The notes under the pieces: model-generated
Seen by the model: only the letters and a program-made list of their open reading frames with translations
Told to the model about the DNA's origin: nothing
Databases searched by the model: none
Assembly (NCBI GenBank): GCA_042218075.1
Contig: JBDGRK010000009.1
Coordinates: 1-64,000, forward strand
Reading direction: 5' to 3'
Source: Candidatus Nanohaloarchaea archaeon
GTDB lineage: Archaea > Nanohalarchaeota > Nanosalinia > Nanosalinales > Nanosalinaceae
Length of the DNA: 64,000 bases
Made by a program: the position numbers and the translations under genes
Shown: piece by piece, positions 28,446 through 37,927 of the stretch
How the letters are laid out: each line of letters begins with the position of its first letter
Position numbering within the stretch: position 1 is the first letter of the stretch

Positions 28446-29000
28446 TTAATGGAATCTCTTATCAATAGAGATGAATTCTTCCTTTACAGAGCTGTTGAAG
28501 ATATAGTGCAGACTTCCGTAGAAAATAGTGACTCCTGCCGCGATCTTCACTAGAAGACTTCCCGCCATAAAAAGTGGGATAAACAGAAGGAGTGATAGTA
28601 GGAGATCAAGCCTTCCGCCCACCCTAACTAAATCCCTGGCCTCGATCCAGCTGCCGGAAGGATGATTGAAAACAGCTTTTTCATTCTTTCCACCAGAACC
28701 AAGATTTCTGCCCTGGCTAAATATTTCAGAGATAGAATGTAGAGTGATTGAACCAATACCGGCTGTGAGCAGGGTCAGAACTAGACTCTGGTAGAAAAAG
28801 AGCGAAAACAATAGAAGCAGAAATAAAAGGGAATACTGGAAAGGTCTGTGGAAAGTTTTCCTGTGTTCGAATAAAACGTCCAGATCTGGAAACGTCGAGA
28901 AAATCATACCCATCATTACCAGAAGGGAGGCGGAGTAAGGAGTAAAAACCGAGAAGACCAGCCCGAGCACTCCTCCAGCCAGAACGTGAGTTGAAAGCAT
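28446..29000 (-). CDS. membrane-bound metal-dependent hydrolase
   Basis: STHV and FPDLD..FEHRKTFH motifs; TM helices. Confidence 0.8.
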   Translation of the reverse strand: MLSTHVLAGGVLGLVFSVFTPYSASLLVMMGMIFSTFPDLDVLFEHRKTFHRPFQYSLLFLLLLFSLFFYQSLVLTLLTAGIGSITLHSISEIFSQGRNLGSGGKNEKAVFNHPSGSWIEARDLVRVGGRLDLLLSLLLFIPLFMAGSLLVKIAAGVTIFYGSLHYIFNSSVKEEFISIDKRFH

Positions 29001-29371
29001 CAATTTTCATCACCTGGATCAATCTTCTCCGGTTGCCTGTTGAAAATTCTGTTCTTCAGAAACCATACAGGAAAATCCGTCAGTATATGAAGAACCGGAT
29101 GGTGCTCCGGGTTGAACTTTTCCAGCTCTGCTATATAGTCTCCCTCCATATCCAGATGACTGCAGTCCTTCAGTTCAAGACTGACCTCAAACCTGTCATC
29201 CCGGAATGTCTTTTCGTCCTTACCTTCGATCCCTGCAAGCGAAAGCCTTGTCTCGTGCATCCGTTCTCTTTCCTCCAGCCATTCATCATGGTCAATGACA
29301 ACATCCCTGTTGAAACCTATATCCTCCAGTCTTTCAATCAATTCATCCATACTGGGAGGTGAGATTTCCAT
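29000..29371 (-). CDS. hypothetical protein
   Basis: 123-aa acidic ORF coupled to the downstream gene. Confidence 0.7.
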   Translation of the reverse strand: MEISPPSMDELIERLEDIGFNRDVVIDHDEWLEERERMHETRLSLAGIEGKDEKTFRDDRFEVSLELKDCSHLDMEGDYIAELEKFNPEHHPVLHILTDFPVWFLKNRIFNRQPEKIDPGDEN

Positions 29372-29401
29372 CTTAAAAAGAATTCAAGGCTTAGCTTCTC
29401 C

Positions 29402-30598
29402 ATGCCATACAAAATCGGACTGGTCGGCAAACCATCAGTCGGGAAGTCCACGTTCTTCAACGCCGCGACCATGAACTCGATAGAGGAAGGTAGCTATCCC
29501 TTCACAACAATAGATCCATCGGTTGGAGAAGCCTACGTGAGAGTGGAATGTGCGGCGCCCGATTTTGGTGAGGAATGCGACCCTAGAGTAGGTTTCTGTC
29601 GTGAAGGTACAAGATACGTTCCTGTCAAACTCGTGGACGTCGCTGGGCTTATACCAGGAGCTCACGAGGGAAAAGGCCTGGGGAACAAGTTTCTCACGGA
29701 TCTGAACGAAGCAGATGTCCTGATCCACATAGTGGATTTTTCCGGGGAGACAGATACTGAGGGAGAACCGACCGAGGATCACGATCCAAGGGAAGATATC
29801 GATTTCCTGGAGCAGGAATTAGACATGTGGTACCTTGATATACTGGAGAAGGGCATCCAGAGGTATGAGAACAAGAAGGATCAGCAGGATGTAAATCTGG
29901 AGGAAGAGCTTGCGGAACAGATGTCGGCTTTTAGAACAGACAAGAACGAGATAAAGCAGATCATTTTATCACTGGGAATGGAGCTTGAACCGGAAGAATG
30001 GGATAAAGGAGAAAGGAAGCAGCTTGCGAGAGAGATCAGGAAGCAGACCAAGCCGATGATTGTAGCTGCGAACAAGATGGATACCGAAAAAGCGCAGCAG
30101 AATTTTGATGAAATTACATCCGATCCTGAATACGAGGACCTAACTATAGTCCCCTGCTCCGCACATGCAGAGAAGGCGCTGAAGAAAGCCGAGGAGGAAG
30201 AAGCTGTAAGATACCATCCGGGAGATAAAGACTTTGAGATCAAGGAAAATCTTCCTGAGAAAAAGAAAGAGGGGCTAGAGAAGATAAGAGAGTTTATATC
30301 AGATTACGGCAGTACAGGAGTTCAGGAAGCGATGGAGACAGCGCTTTTCGAGGAACTGGGTGTGATAGCTGTATTTCCGGGTGGAGCCGACGGTCTGGGT
30401 GATGAACACGGCAACATTCTTCCTGACTGCTTCCTTGTTCCAGAGGGATCGACTGCAGAAGATTTTGCGTTTTCCATACACTCTGATCTGGGCGATGGAT
30501 TCCTCCACGCGATCGACTGCAGAGATGACAGGCAGATAGGAGCAGACCACGAACTTGAACACCTGGATGTGGTAGAGATAGTCTCCGCTAACCAGTGA
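29402..30598 (+). CDS. ychF: Obg-family YchF-like ATPase/GTPase with TGS domain
   Basis: GKPSVGKST, YPFTTI, DVAGL and ANKMD motifs; C-terminal TGS domain. Confidence 0.92.
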   Translation: MPYKIGLVGKPSVGKSTFFNAATMNSIEEGSYPFTTIDPSVGEAYVRVECAAPDFGEECDPRVGFCREGTRYVPVKLVDVAGLIPGAHEGKGLGNKFLTDLNEADVLIHIVDFSGETDTEGEPTEDHDPREDIDFLEQELDMWYLDILEKGIQRYENKKDQQDVNLEEELAEQMSAFRTDKNEIKQIILSLGMELEPEEWDKGERKQLAREIRKQTKPMIVAANKMDTEKAQQNFDEITSDPEYEDLTIVPCSAHAEKALKKAEEEEAVRYHPGDKDFEIKENLPEKKKEGLEKIREFISDYGSTGVQEAMETALFEELGVIAVFPGGADGLGDEHGNILPDCFLVPEGSTAEDFAFSIHSDLGDGFLHAIDCRDDRQIGADHELEHLDVVEIVSANQ

Positions 30599-30600
30599 GA

Positions 30601-31335
30601 TCAGAGATTCTCCGAGAAAAACTCAACCGATTTCCGGGCTACTTCCTGCACACTGTTTTCGAAGTAGTGATCATCATCTATAACGTACAAATCCCCATTT
30701 TCAAGCCTCTTTGACGCCAGCTTCGAATCTTCAAACCTGATTGTTTCATCCTCCCTTCCCTGTATAACCAGCACCGGTAGATCGATATTCTCGAGTAGTT
30801 CTTCCTGATCAAGGTTTTCCTTCAATTCTATCGTTTTTTCCGGAACGACAAACCTTCCATGCTCCTTTTCTATCAAGTAGATTCCTGACTCCTCAAGGTC
30901 CTTCAACTGATCTTCCTCAAGTTTTCTTTCTCGATAGTCGGGTATTCCCCTGGTAAGCGGATTCAGAAGCAAGAGTGCCTGAATATGATGGTCACGGCAG
31001 AATTCTAAAGCTGTAAGACCTCCAAAACTTAAGCCAAAAATCCCGATTTCATCAACGTCTTCATTTTGAATAAAATTAAAAGCCGCTTCCAGATCTTCAA
31101 GCTGGTTTCCAACAGTTATACTCCTCCTTTCGCTTTCACCATGACCGGAGTAGTCGAAACTTAATACATTGAAACCTTCCGAGTTCAGTTCTTCCGCGAT
31201 CTCCGTAAACTTCCCGAACTGCTCTTTATTTCCCGTGAAGCCGTGTGAGAGAATTACACCTTTATCCGATTTGGATTCCCAGTAATTTCCCGCCAGTTTC
31301 AGCCCACTCCTATTCTCGAAGGAGACTTTTTTCAC
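30601..31335 (-). CDS. alpha/beta hydrolase
   Basis: HGFTG, DYSGHGES, GLSFGG, D and H of the catalytic triad. Confidence 0.88.
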   Translation of the reverse strand: MKKVSFENRSGLKLAGNYWESKSDKGVILSHGFTGNKEQFGKFTEIAEELNSEGFNVLSFDYSGHGESERRSITVGNQLEDLEAAFNFIQNEDVDEIGIFGLSFGGLTALEFCRDHHIQALLLLNPLTRGIPDYRERKLEEDQLKDLEESGIYLIEKEHGRFVVPEKTIELKENLDQEELLENIDLPVLVIQGREDETIRFEDSKLASKRLENGDLYVIDDDHYFENSVQEVARKSVEFFSENL

Positions 31336-31386
31336 GGGAAAAATCTAGGACTAATTTCTATAAGAATTGGTACTGGCATAATAAAC

Positions 31387-32088
31387 ATGGAACTAGAAGG
31401 TAAAAAAGCACTGGTAACAGGAGGATCAAGCGGAATAGGTGAAGCTGTAGGTAGAAAATTGAGAGAAGCAGGGGCGGAAGTAATAGTATTTGATCTGGAA
31501 GAACCGGATTACGATGCAGAATATCATGAAGTGGATGTGAGAAAAGAGAAGGAAGTAAAGTAAGCGATCAACCAGCTTGAAAAACTCAATATTCTCGTAA
31601 ATAATGCTGGAGTTTATCGACATACTCCGATAGAGGAATTTGAAGATAGAGAGTTCGAGGATACAGTAAATACGAATGTTAAAGGATACAGGATGATGTT
31701 TACTTATTCGCTTCCTCTTCTTAGGGAGAGCGATGACGGATGTGTTGTGAACATAAGCTCTGGGCTAGCTGACAATCCTGAACCTTACTCGGACATCTAT
31801 TCCGGAACAAAGGCATTCATCAATGCAATGTCAATTGCCTGGGCAAACAGTTTCTCTGAAACAGAAGTAAGAGTCAATACAGTGGCTCCAGGGCCTGTGG
31901 AGACAGAGATGCTTACGGAAAACTTCAGTGAAGAGGAGCTGGAGGAGTACAGAGATCTCCAGTCAGACGGAAAATTCAGCCAGCCGGAAGATATTGCAGA
32001 AGAAGTTCTTCGCCTGATTACAGATGGGAAGGCTAACGGAAGAATGATCAAGCACGGTGAAGCATTCTTCAATCAGTATGGGCTGTGA
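31387..32088 (+). pseudogene. short-chain dehydrogenase (SDR) with an in-frame TAA
   Basis: ATG 31387 MELEGKKALVTGGSSGIG...EVK*AINQ...VNNAG...YSGTK; single TAA at 31561-31563. Confidence 0.85.
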
Positions 32089-32657
32089 TTCTGAAGCGCA
32101 TCATCAATGATCCTGTGGTGTAGAAAGGCCATCCTCGGTAGACCTCTTACCGGGACCCAGAAAGCTCTTTCCGCATCATCTGAGCCTTCAACTTCAAAGT
32201 TCTCTGCTTTGGATACTTTCATGATAGATGTGAAGTAAGCAAAACGGTCGCCTCTCGACTCTATTTCCGGTTTCAGGTATAATTCTTCAGGTTCATCATC
32301 GGGGAGTTTTTCATCAGGATCGTAGCGGGGATCAAAAGTCATATCCGTGTTTTCATAGGTTTTAAGCACTTTTACAGCGGTAAAACTTGTCTCCTCTTCA
32401 AGCTCCCTCAAGGCGGCTGCTTCGGGCTCCTCTCCTTCATCAATATGGCCGCCCGGAATTGCAAGCATTCCCCCGTAGATGTAATCGGATGATCTCTCCA
32501 CCAAGGGCATGTAAACTCCTGGATTTCCATATCTTTCCATATCCACACCCAGATCTCTCAATCTCTTCTTATCCTGTTTTTCAAGGCTTCTGAAAAACTC
32601 ATCATCAGCTTCATCCGCCCTGAAGAAAACGACTGCGTCCACAGTCCCAGTGCTCAT
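32073..32657 (-). CDS. NUDIX hydrolase
   Basis: PGGHIDEGEEPEAAALRELEEET Nudix box; GSDDA; AFLH. Confidence 0.9.
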   Translation of the reverse strand: MSTGTVDAVVFFRADEADDEFFRSLEKQDKKRLRDLGVDMERYGNPGVYMPLVERSSDYIYGGMLAIPGGHIDEGEEPEAAALRELEEETSFTAVKVLKTYENTDMTFDPRYDPDEKLPDDEPEELYLKPEIESRGDRFAYFTSIMKVSKAENFEVEGSDDAERAFWVPVRGLPRMAFLHHRIIDDALQNHSPY

Positions 32658-32707
32658 ATTAACCCGTTCTCAACAAGCTCTAAAACTCCTGTGGAGAAAT
32701 AGTATTC

Positions 32708-33532
32708 ATGGAGATCAAGAGTTCAAAGTATTCCAAAGAACTTGAAGTCGCTCTTAAAGCAGCGGAGAAAGCAGGAGAAGTGATGGATCGCTATGCTGAG
32801 AAGAAGGGTTTTGAAGACTGGGATAAAGAAGACGGAAGCGTGGTGACGGAGGCTGATATAGAGTCTCAGGAGAAAATCGTAGAAACTATACGTGAGGAGT
32901 TTCCAGAGGATGGATTTCTGGGTGAGGAGGAAAATCTTGAACCGGATGGAGAGGATAGAGTATGGATTATCGATCCTATCGATGGCACGTTCAACTTTGA
33001 CAGTGGCTTCGGCTTCTACTGTGTCTCGATAGCACTTGAAATAGACGGGGAAATAGTTCTTGGAGTAGTTCATCTGCCGGAAAGCTCTATGGATAGAACC
33101 TACTTGGGGGTAGAGAATGAAGGAGCTTATGTATTTGAGAGAGGAAAAAAAGAAGCTGAAAATTTAGAGGTAAGCGATCACTCGGAAATTGAGGAGTCTT
33201 TATTCTTCATGACGGATTTTGACATATACGAGGAAGAACTCGATTGGGAGTTAGAGCTACTTGAAAAACTGGCGAGAAAGGATGCGACCCACAGACAGGT
33301 TGGTTCTGCTGCTATAGAACACTGTTTTTTGGCTGAAGGTAGAGTAGATTTTCTGGTTAACCCTATTCTCAAGCCCTGGGACTACTCCGCAGCCAAGTTG
33401 ATAATCGAAGAGGCGGGAGGCAAGGTAGATGTAATGGAATCGCCTTTCCCTGATTCAGAGCTGGTTGTGGCTTCGAATGGGAAAATCCATGAAAAAATAA
33501 CTGAAATTGTCGAGGGAATAGAGGCAAAATGA
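32708..33532 (+). CDS. inositol monophosphatase family
   Basis: GEE, WIIDPIDGT and PWD motifs. Confidence 0.92.
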   Translation: MEIKSSKYSKELEVALKAAEKAGEVMDRYAEKKGFEDWDKEDGSVVTEADIESQEKIVETIREEFPEDGFLGEEENLEPDGEDRVWIIDPIDGTFNFDSGFGFYCVSIALEIDGEIVLGVVHLPESSMDRTYLGVENEGAYVFERGKKEAENLEVSDHSEIEESLFFMTDFDIYEEELDWELELLEKLARKDATHRQVGSAAIEHCFLAEGRVDFLVNPILKPWDYSAAKLIIEEAGGKVDVMESPFPDSELVVASNGKIHEKITEIVEGIEAK

Positions 33533-34020
33533 AACTGGAAATTCTGGAAAAAGAAAATTATGAAATTGACAAAGTCAGGAAAAGCATCAAGGATATCATC
33601 TCATCCAATAAACTGCTTTCGATGTCAACTGTCGCCGATGATATTCCACACATAAACACTTGTTTCTACGCCTTTGACGAGGAGATGAACCTGTACATAC
33701 TGACACCGCCAGAGACCGAACACGGCAAGAAACTTGAACAGAATGATTCTGTGGCGGTTGACATCCACGATTCAAACCAGGAATGGACAGATGAGAAGCA
33801 AGGTCTGCAGATTTTTGGAAGATGCCGAAAGGCAGATGACAGAGAGAAAGGGCTGGAAATCTACTCTGGAAGGTTCCCGACACTGGAAGAGTTTGCCTCT
33901 GGCGTTGAAGAACTTGAGGATCTCAATTCAGATTTCTACATTATAGACCCGGAAAGGATCAAGGTTTTCGACGAGCCGAGGTTTGGGAAGGAAACCTGGA
34001 TCGAGGTAGAGTTAAGTTGA
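33529..34020 (+). CDS. pyridoxamine 5'-phosphate oxidase-like FMN-binding protein
   Basis: LSMST..PH...FYA, T...T.H and GLQIFG motifs. Confidence 0.75.
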   Translation: MKLEILEKENYEIDKVRKSIKDIISSNKLLSMSTVADDIPHINTCFYAFDEEMNLYILTPPETEHGKKLEQNDSVAVDIHDSNQEWTDEKQGLQIFGRCRKADDREKGLEIYSGRFPTLEEFASGVEELEDLNSDFYIIDPERIKVFDEPRFGKETWIEVELS

Positions 34021-34547
34021 CAGTGAAGATAACCTACTTCGTTCACGCCACTACCGAGGATAACCAGAGAAATCTGGCGACCGGCCAGGAACCTGGAGAG
34101 CTTTCAGAAATCGGTGTCAGACAGGCAGAGCAACTGGGAGAAAAAGTCGATGAAGATTTTGAGGCATTCTACTGTTCCGATCTTAGAAGAGCGGTTAAAT
34201 CTGCCAGGATAGCATTTGGTGACGAGTACAGTATAATCAAGGATGAAAGATTGAGGGAATGCGATTACGGAAGTAAAACTCGTGAACCCCATGACTGGGA
34301 CCTGAAAAAATACATAGAGAAGCCGTATCCTGGCGGGGAAAGTTACAGGCAAGTGGAGGAGAGGATCGAGGATCTGCTTGATTTCATCTCGGAAAAGCAT
34401 GAAGCAGAAAAAATAGCCTTGATGGCCCATCAGGCCCCCCAACTGGCTCTAGAGGTAGTGGCTAATGGAAAAACGTGGGAGGAAGCGATCGAAGAAGACT
34501 GGAGGAAAAACGGGGAATGGCAGCCCGGATGGAAATACGAACTTTGA
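34017..34547 (+). CDS. histidine phosphatase family (degenerate RHG)
   Basis: FVHATT, CSDLRRA, RLRECDYG and GES motifs. Confidence 0.8.
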   Translation: MTVKITYFVHATTEDNQRNLATGQEPGELSEIGVRQAEQLGEKVDEDFEAFYCSDLRRAVKSARIAFGDEYSIIKDERLRECDYGSKTREPHDWDLKKYIEKPYPGGESYRQVEERIEDLLDFISEKHEAEKIALMAHQAPQLALEVVANGKTWEEAIEEDWRKNGEWQPGWKYEL

Positions 34548-34570
34548 ACGATCGTAATTCCTCTGAAAAT

Positions 34571-35053
34571 TCAGTAGGCTGTTTCTCCCGTTTTCTTTTG
34601 TTCAAGTTTCTCGTTAAGTCCTATCTCATTTTTTAGACGTCGAGTATGCTCTTCAAGTGTCTTTCTACTACTCCTGTATGGTTGATGATCCACTATATCC
34701 CTGTAGAAAATCTGTTTTCCTGTGAGATGGACACCAATCTTTAATGCTGCTCCTAATTCAATCGGCTTTGGATCTTCTTTTTCAGATGCCCAGAGAATAA
34801 GCTGTTCAAGTTGATCCCCGTATCGATCTACATAGCAATGGTTCCAGGCGGTTTCTACTATCTCATCAAGATCTCGGTATGGAAAATTATCCCAGGGACC
34901 CCCCTCTCCAATCTTATCATAGTTTGGGGTTACATTCTTGAAGTATCCCTCTATTTCTCTCTGCTCTCCCATATCTCCATCTCTTAACTTCTTCCTAACA
35001 CCGCTCCAATCTATACCCTCTTGAGCATTTTCAGATGTATCTTCCTCACTCAT
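34571..35053 (-). CDS. hypothetical protein
   Basis: 160-aa ORF. Confidence 0.7.
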   Translation of the reverse strand: MSEEDTSENAQEGIDWSGVRKKLRDGDMGEQREIEGYFKNVTPNYDKIGEGGPWDNFPYRDLDEIVETAWNHCYVDRYGDQLEQLILWASEKEDPKPIELGAALKIGVHLTGKQIFYRDIVDHQPYRSSRKTLEEHTRRLKNEIGLNEKLEQKKTGETAY

Positions 35054-35380
35054 AATGTACCAGATTTCTAGATTTTGAAGTGAAATTTTAAATCCCTAGT
35101 TACACTGGACTAAAAGGAAAATGGAAAACATTTCACTTACGTTTGGGAAGATGGACTGAGCGGTAGATTTCTATAAAAAAAAGCCTGGAAAAAAGTTAGC
35201 AGATTTTCATACTTCCACCTGGAAAGTGCGAAACAGGGGCTTTAAAACCAGGTAGAAGATGGAGTGGAGGTAGAGCGGATTCAGTATAGTGTAAGCTACA
35301 GAATCTTCCATTTCTGGAACACTTGGGGAAAACATGATGGAGATCTACGAGGGCAGAAATGAATAAAGTGAACAAATATA

Positions 35381-36031
35381 TTATAGCTGGACTTTTGGAT
35401 CCTCTCTGCGATTAAGGCGACTTAAACCGCCCGATTCGGAGGCATAGCATGCCTCTGGAGAGCTTATGAAGGTCAAGTCGCGAACTGTTAGAACATTATC
35501 AGCCAGGCTCTCAAGATCAGCCATATGTTTTCTGGACTTGAATGGTGCGATAACATTTATCTGGCCGGCTCCAGCCTTCAGCAGGCTTCCGGCCACAGCA
35601 GCCTCCCTGAATCCGCTGCTTATACCCTCGCTCACTACTGCGACTTTTTGACCCTTCAAATCATCTTTCTTTCCCAAATCATGACTTGCTGATTCTTTCA
35701 GAAGCGCCGGTGATATTTCATTGGCCTGATCTTCTATATGACTCGAGGAAACACCAAGTTCCTCTCTCAGCTCCTCTTCTATCCATAAGGTGCCATCCTG
35801 GGCTACCGCACCTATATTAGCGCTGAGCTGATTCTCTACCCTTATGAAGTCAGCAAGTCTCAGGGAAAGTCCGGTGTTATGTCTTTTGCCAACCTCCAGT
35901 GCTACCGGTAAGGCGCCCTGATAAGGAATAACCACGCTATCGATCTCAATTTTATCCTGAATAAATTTTGAAAGTTCTCTTCCACCCTCCCTCCTGTCAG
36001 TATAAAGTGACATAGGATAAGTTACTCTCAC
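35381..36031 (-). CDS. phosphoribosyltransferase-like protein (DRxEAG family), degenerate PRPP loop
   Basis: YTDRREGGRELS and IGAVA motifs; VAVVSEGISSG in place of DDGIATG. Confidence 0.7.
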   Translation of the reverse strand: MRVTYPMSLYTDRREGGRELSKFIQDKIEIDSVVIPYQGALPVALEVGKRHNTGLSLRLADFIRVENQLSANIGAVAQDGTLWIEEELREELGVSSSHIEDQANEISPALLKESASHDLGKKDDLKGQKVAVVSEGISSGFREAAVAGSLLKAGAGQINVIAPFKSRKHMADLESLADNVLTVRDLTFISSPEACYASESGGLSRLNRREDPKVQL

Positions 36032-36270
36032 ATGTAAAAGTCAATTAATGCACATTAACGAAGGTGATACACCGCCCACTTTTTGAATAAGATATTCTTC
36101 GAAGTGCTCTACTACACGCTGAGGCATGACTAAACAACCTAAACATCTTAAATTATAGTTAAAATAAAAAAATATCAAAGCTTTTTTCGTCTTTTAGCGC
36201 ATTCTCAGAAACTTATAACTTCAAAAACACAACCTGTGACCTTAAAAAATTGTGAGAACAATATATTTTT

Positions 36271-36927
36271 ATGCTTAAGAAAAAACAAGGAGGAGGAGCA
36301 CTTTATCGCCAGACAGATGTGAATGAATACGATCAGCCCGCACACATATTCGCACTTGACTACTACAGGCCTGGATCAGGGGGCGATCACGAGTTTTCCA
36401 GGAAGGAAACCTGGTTTTACTACTTTGGGGACGATGAAATCCAGGAGGAATTCACAGAAAGGGTCGATGATATGGTGAACGAGCTTTTTGTAGAGAACTC
36501 GGTTGACTGGGACTATTTCACGCTTGCACCATCCAGCAGAAAAGCCAGTCTGAACGAACACATGGAAAAACTCTGCAGTGCGATCTCCGAGAAAAAAGTT
36601 ATGGAGTACCGTCAGGTACTGGAGAGATCACGCGGTATAGAGGAGTCAAGAGAGTTTGAATCAGTTAAGCAGAAGCTTGCGAACCAGAAAAACTCGATAG
36701 ATATTAAGGAAGATGTGGATGGCAAAAACATAATTATAGTTGATAATGTTTCCGTTTCAGGGATATCACTGGCATTTCTCACAGAATTACTTCTGAATGC
36801 GGGAGCAGAAAGAGTCTCCTGCCTGGTCCTTGGAGTTACAAACCATGAAAGATTTGTGCGAGACCTGGAAGAGGGCATTAGAGCCAGCACTGCCATGGCA
36901 GAGATTCAGGGTGAAAACAATGGATAA
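36271..36927 (+). CDS. ComF-like phosphoribosyltransferase-fold protein
   Basis: LAPSS motif; GKNIIIVDNVSVSG...LLNAGAERV. Confidence 0.7.
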   Translation: MLKKKQGGGALYRQTDVNEYDQPAHIFALDYYRPGSGGDHEFSRKETWFYYFGDDEIQEEFTERVDDMVNELFVENSVDWDYFTLAPSSRKASLNEHMEKLCSAISEKKVMEYRQVLERSRGIEESREFESVKQKLANQKNSIDIKEDVDGKNIIIVDNVSVSGISLAFLTELLLNAGAERVSCLVLGVTNHERFVRDLEEGIRASTAMAEIQGENNG

Positions 36928-37237
36928 CTCAAGCGATATCTACCTGAAGGAGAAGCCCGTTATGACCCTTATAACGATACATCAATCCGATGAAGATATT
37001 TTCTGCGGTAAAGTATCGGGAGAGATTGATTCCGCCTATGCTCATAAAGTAAAAATAGTTTCAAGGCTAAAAGAGATGGAAATAATCGAAACAAAGCAGG
37101 TTGGAAGAAAGAAACTGCTCAGTCTTACAGATCAGGGAAGCGAGCAGGCTGAACATCTGATAAACCTGATTAAAGTTTCAGAAAAAAATGAAATGGACAT
37201 GAGTGACAGAATAGGTGAAAAAGAAGCATTTAATTAG
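36920..37237 (+). CDS. archaeal winged-helix (MarR-like) DNA-binding protein
   Basis: EKPVMTL...IDSAYAHKVKIV.RL...GRKKLLSLTDQG; ATG follows GGTGA. Confidence 0.75.
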   Translation: MDNSSDIYLKEKPVMTLITIHQSDEDIFCGKVSGEIDSAYAHKVKIVSRLKEMEIIETKQVGRKKLLSLTDQGSEQAEHLINLIKVSEKNEMDMSDRIGEKEAFN

Positions 37238-37250
37238 AAGAAAATAACCT

Positions 37251-37823
37251 TTAGGATATCCATCTATTCCAGGAGATTAGGGATTTCAATCTTTCCATAA
37301 TTCCCTTTCCTTTATCCCTGTTCTCCATTCCCGGGTGCTCAAGCTCTCTCACAGTTTCATTATTATGCCTGACCTCGAGGCTGAAGTCTTCACCGGTGGA
37401 GAAGCTCGCATCGTAGTTGATCATGCCGATCTGCTGTATGCACGCTGAGCCGTTTCCAAGATCGGCTTCATTCACAGTCTTGATATTCAGCACGTATCCC
37501 TCCCCGGTTTCGTTCACCTCTGACTCGATAACATGGCATGGCGTCGGAGCCTCTATATTCCCGGAGAACTCCACCTCATGAGAATCATTTCTGAAAGAGA
37601 CATTTTCCAGAGTCTCGTTGACAGTACGAGGCGACCTTCCCCGCATCTTGACACTTGACTTCCACTCAGTTCCGTTCGGACCTACAGCGGTAGTTGCTGA
37701 TGCGGAGCTTCCCGACCCTGTTATAGCCATCTCTCCATCCTCCGGCTCGGGGCCTCCCACCACTGCCGAAACCGAAGTCACCATAAACGCAAGAGCGATG
37801 CCGAATATTAGTGATCTTCTCAT
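37251..37823 (-). CDS. secreted protein (PrcB-C/Ig-like, CxQ-type cysteines)
   Basis: Signal peptide; APTPCH and CIQQI motifs. Confidence 0.65.
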   Translation of the reverse strand: MRRSLIFGIALAFMVTSVSAVVGGPEPEDGEMAITGSGSSASATTAVGPNGTEWKSSVKMRGRSPRTVNETLENVSFRNDSHEVEFSGNIEAPTPCHVIESEVNETGEGYVLNIKTVNEADLGNGSACIQQIGMINYDASFSTGEDFSLEVRHNNETVRELEHPGMENRDKGKGIMERLKSLISWNRWIS

Positions 37824-37927
37824 ACCTAAGAAAGGAATCCGGTTTCTTTAAAAACAAGATCAAGTTGTTCGGCCTGAGTCTAACCAATCTGAGAGCTGTT
37901 TTTAATTATGGTCCCGAAAGCTCCAGT

